Source: Octopus sinensis (lineage: Eukaryota). From it: a stretch of DNA of 43,599 nt. Made by a program: the position numbers and the translations under genes. The stretch is taken from NCBI RefSeq assembly GCF_006345805.1, contig NW_021834977.1:1-43599 (forward strand). Direction: 5' to 3'. Positions within the stretch are counted from its first letter, which is position 1, and each line of letters begins with the position of its first letter. Shown one piece after another: positions 39,440 to 43,599 of this stretch. The notes under the pieces were generated by a model. That model was not told where the DNA came from. It searched no databases and was given only the letters and a program-made list of their open reading frames with translations.

Positions 39440-41707
39440 TTAATCAAAATATTAAATACAAAGATAAGAATATTTTAGTTGATAATAAGATCAGTGATAA
39501 TTAATTTTTTTTTAATCAGTGATTGTATTATATTTCATCTAGAACAGCGATTCCCAACCGGGGTGCCGCGGCACTTTTGGTGCCGCGAGGTCTTGTTTTA
39601 GGTGCCGCGAGATTTTTAATATTTAAAATTAAAAATTATTCACGTTTCTCAAAGAGCTTTAGAAGCTAGCTACCTCGTTGCCGAGCTCATCCAAAAACCG
39701 TAAGAATCACACTATTGGAGAAAAATTGATATTAACCGCCTGCAAAATTATTGTTAGTAAAATTCTTGGGGAGGAAGCAACCAAAAGATTGATAATATTC
39801 CATTATCGAACATACTATCAGTCGCCGTCTACAAGACATATCTGAGAATATTGAAGATTTGTTAATGAAAAACTAATTCATAGCAATTTTTCTATTCAGG
39901 TAAATGATAATTGCGATTGAGGAACACTTCTTATGCTGCAAACAAATAAACTGTACGACCAAAGGAGAAGATATTCAATCTTGTATCTACATATTTTGAG
40001 CAGAATAATATCACGGAAAAATTGTGTTGGGATTTGTACAGATGGTGCTCCCTCAATGGTTGGATCTAGCAAAGGATTTGTCGTTTTTGCAAAACAGGAA
40101 AATGATGAAATATCACAAACACGTTGCTTCATTCACAGAGAAGTGCTGGTTTTTAAAACTCTTGGAAAAGAACTAAGAAATGTTCTTACTGACGTTATCA
40201 AAATGATCAATTTTATTGAAAAGAGGCCTTTCTTTATCGATCATTTAAAAATTTGTGCCAAGATTTTGATAAAGAACATACAACTCTATTATTCCACACA
40301 GACATCAGATGGCTTAGTCGAGGGAAAATTTTAGCCAGAGTATATGAACTAAAAGAAGAAATGTGCCAATATTTTCGACAGTTAAATAAAATTTACTTTG
40401 TTTCATGTTTCGAAAATAAAGAATGGTTATTAAGGTGATTCTGAATAATTATTCATAACATTTGCATAGGTTGGCGTATTTGATTGATATATTCAAACAT
40501 ATAAATTTGTTAAATAAGTCTTTACAGGAAATTTCGAGAATGTATTAACTTCAACTGATAAAATCCTTGGATTTAAACAGAAACTAAATATTTGGAAGAA
40601 TCATGTAAAACTTAATGATCTAGAAATGTTTCCATTATTGCAAAGCATACAAGGTATTAAATACAAAGATAAGAATATTTTAGATAATAATATAATGATT
40701 AGTGATTGTATTATATCTCATCTAGAATAATTGGAAGAGAGCATCAATCATTATTTTCCGTCTCTTAATATTGAAATATATGATTGGATTAGAAATTCAT
40801 TCTCCGAATCATGTGACTATCAATTTACTCTAACAGAAGAGGAGGAGCTACGTCAACTTCGATATGACCGCACATTAAAAATTAAATTTACTGAAATGAC
40901 GACAGATAAATTCTGGATTTTGATAAAAGATTCTTATCCTTCAATTTTTAAAAAAGCAATCAAAATATTGTTTCAGTTCTCAACATCATATAAGTGTGAA
41001 CAAGCTTTCTCTTGTCTCGTCGACATTAAATCAAAAAACAGAAACAGGTTGTTATCAGTTGAAGATGACCTCCGCGTATGTTTGTCGCGAATTCGTCCCC
41101 GTCTGGAAATTTTGTGTGCACATAAACAAACACAAATGTCTCATTAGTTATTATAATTACTTTTGGTATTTTTTTGTCAAGTTTCTTGAATATATTAATT
41201 AAAAAAACATTTCTAATGAATATTAATTTTTTAAGTGCCGGGAGAAAAAAACCTAGTTTTAGGTACCGCGAGCACAAAAAGGTTGGGAAACGCTGATCTA
41301 GAAGAATTGGAAAAGAGCATTAATCATTATTTTCCTTTTTTTTAATATTGAAATAAATGATATAAATCCATTCTCCGAATCATGTACTATCAATTTACTT
41401 TAACAGAAGATGAAAAGCTTTGCCAACATCGTTATAACCCCACATTAAAAATAATATTTGCTGAATTGTCAACAGATATGTTCCGGATTTCCATAAAGGA
41501 TTTTTATCCTTCAGTAGGGCAATAAAAATATTGCTTCAGTTCTCAACATGATATCAGTGTGAACAAGCTTTTTCTTGTCTTGTTGACACAAACAGGTTGT
41601 TGTCAATTGAAGATGACCTCCTAGCCTGCTTAACATTTCTAAGTAATATGCGCCACAGGAAAAAACCTGGTTTTAAGTACCGCAGGAGAAAAAGGTTAGA
41701 AAAGGTT
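39440..41707 (+). mobile_element. Older hAT/Buster copy that is the insertion target (5' boundary uncertain)
   Basis: Flanks 39450-39544 and 41296-41700 rejoin into a diverged copy of the sequence at 40654-41290; degenerate 3' end AAAAGGTTAGAAAAGG. Confidence 0.75.
39545..41295 (+). mobile_element. hAT (Buster/Charlie) DNA transposon, deleted transposase with two micro-introns
   Basis: 15-bp TIRs CAGCG(A/T)TTCCCAACC; perfect 8-bp TSD ATCTAGAA (39537-39544 / 41296-41303). CTDGAPSMVG, HTDIRWLSRGKIL, WLLR|35-nt intron|LAYLIDIF, FSTSYKCEQAFS. Confidence 0.95.
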
Positions 41708-42069
41708 TTAGAGTGTTTTTCCACAGTACTTTGAATAGTCTGGTGATATTTGTAAAAGTTGTTTTAGAATAATTATCATTGATAACTAATTCTATGAAAT
41801 TTATCCTGTTCAAGGAGACACCAATTTAATGTTTACGACATTTTAGCAACCATTCGATATTCAATAGTTGTTGTCGGTGATCCTTCTAAAATAATCCCCA
41901 AGACTGCCAGTCAATTGGTCGCCAAAAACCATTTAACTATCAAATAAAGAATGATCAATAACCAAATTATGTGAAGGTGTGTCGTATAACTTAATAGTTT
42001 GGTCAATTTATTCAGGTGCTCATAGACAACCCCAAATCAACAAGTTTTATGAGATTTTGTATCAACGGT

Positions 42070-42420
42070 ATAATTATTTATTGAAATGGCCCAACCAAGA
42101 TGCCCTCCAATGAACACTTGTTCGCCTCTAAATGACATGACATGAACACACAGCAGGGAAAAATGGCTTGGATTGGATGCCACTCCTTCTCTGTATGTAC
42201 CCATATGACACCCGTAAATATAAGAATTCCATTAGTTCTGTGATACACGCTGTATTGTACAAAAGATGTTTGTCTCCTTCCGAAAGACAACTTTGGACTG
42301 AATGTTTTTTGATCAATTGTGGGTGTCGAACTCCGAGAAGATGCACTCCAGCAATCCTCGCTGACTAAATGTCAGGATAAGACTGGAACCCCAAAGACTG
42401 AGGAAACAGTTTAATATCCT
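42070..42420 (-). mobile_element. 3' end of an R4-like element (third copy)
   Basis: GACTAAATGTCAGGA.AAGACTGGAACCCCAAAGACTGAGG.AACAGTTTAATATC is nearly identical to 30600-30659. Confidence 0.6.
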
Positions 42421-42527
42421 TTAGATTTGTTTCCCGAATGATTTGTAGTTTCCTAAACGGTTTGCTGTCACCTCTCATTCTATTTTAATTAATAATAATA
42501 AGTCCTCAAAATATACGCTAAATTAAT

Positions 42528-42900
42528 TTAAAAATAGTTGGAATACATTAGAGATCCGAGTTTCTTTACTTTTCTCCAATGTTCGTCCAGCTTAGACTTC
42601 TGTCTTGCTAGTTCAGTAAATTCTGTTTTCTCCATATTTACATTGAGGAACCACTCAGCAAGTCTATTTGGCATCACCTCCAATAGGCTTTCCAGAGCGT
42701 CCTTGTCTGAAGAAATAAAATCCACGTCATCCGTGTATGCCACCACATTGATCTTTCCTTCATAGTATGGTTTTAGTTCTCCCAATGCAGATTCCAGATA
42801 TATGACAAACAGTATAGGAGATAACGGATCCCCTTGAGGTGTTCCAGATGTTGTTTCAAATGGTTTAGAGCACTTGTCTCGTACCCTGACTGATACACAT
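42528..42900 (-). mobile_element. Non-LTR (APE-type) reverse transcriptase fragment
   Basis: PFETTSGTPQGDPLSPILFVIYL, AYTDDVDF, LNVNMEKTE, VKKLGSL. Confidence 0.85.
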
Positions 42901-43384
42901 TTCTTGATCTTCTTAATATTCGATCTTTCCCGACCAAGTTTTTCTTTGATGTGCTTGTCCTCCGTATTTAAATATTGTAGCCAAATAGATTTTTGTTTCT
43001 TAGCAAGGAGCGATATCTCTGTTGTTCCATTTGGTGATGTGGTAACCATTTCTGTGTCCATGAGCTGTTTCTCCGCTGCTCCTCGTATTGATTCCTGGAT
43101 TTGTCCCCAGAGTTTGGGGAATGGTTGATTTTTTTCCACACTTCCCAAATACGTATAAGGCATTTCCTATAGTTATCTCCCATTTGTTGTATTGAGAGTC
43201 CATTTAGGTCAAGTATTCTCTTCCTAAGGATATCCTGCCTCCCTTGGATATTTGTTTTGTTTTTGTTTAGATGTTTATTTAGTGATCTTCTTGCAATGAC
43301 CATTTTGTGGTCACTGTCAATGTATGACCCACCATATGACCTTGCGTCAGTGAAAAGAGCTTTGTCTTTAGATCGACAGATTAT

Positions 43385-43599
43385 GTAAAATTTTTATGTA
43401 CATTTTGGAAAAGATAAAATGTTTTCTATGCTTAAGGGAAAGATATATGGTGCAACTCGAGAAGAGATTAGCAAAATAATTGAAAAATGTGCTTATTGTC
43501 AGGTATTTAGTTAAATTATTCGATTCAGTCCAAAAAATTGCTACCTACAATGCCGGTTATCACTCCTATTATTGCAAGAGGCCCAAGAGATTGATACAT
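43385..43599 (+). mobile_element. N-terminal HHCC zinc domain of a second intron-containing integrase (runs off the window)
   Basis: VHFGKDKMFSML...IIEKCAYCQ|26-nt intron 43502-43527|SKKLLPTMPVITPIIARGPRD*YI; overlaps the PIIA..RDRYI motif that begins the 21426 copy. Confidence 0.7.

Overview
Eukaryotic (metazoan) genomic DNA made of two incompatible compartments. (A) About 1-13.7 kb looks like octopus DNA: tRNA-derived SINEs every 2-3 kb, (ATT)n/(CA)n/(TA)n microsatellites, decayed Ty3/gypsy, Tc1, pogo and Penelope-like elements, and four phase-compatible exons of a CLC chloride channel/transporter gene separated by kb-sized introns. (B) From about 13.8 kb to the end there are no such SINEs. 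Instead there are compact metazoan genes with 22-28 nt GT-AG introns: POC1 (8 introns, 406 aa), a MAP4K4/misshapen-type kinase with CNH domain (18 introns, 750 aa) and a disrupted neuron-navigator/UNC-53-like gene. An intronless ADO and two divergent ETS-domain paralogues are also present. These genes sit among dense, nested transposon debris (R4/Dong-like and CRE-like RLE retroelements, nested pogo/Tigger, self-nested hAT/Buster, Ginger-like integrases, a Helitron-like element). The simplest reading is a chimeric scaffold joining octopus host DNA to the genome of a micro-intron metazoan, most plausibly a dicyemid mesozoan (renal-sac symbiont of octopuses), at or near a (TA)n tract at about 13.7 kb; real integration cannot be excluded from sequence alone. 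The most interesting signals in compartment B are the micro-intron splicing system, stop codons in nearly all 3n-length introns, micro-introns inside DNA-transposon genes, and a sharp C-rich to G-rich strand-skew flip inside the kinase gene. All gene models and counts were done by hand; family and species assignments come from motif recognition, not database searches.
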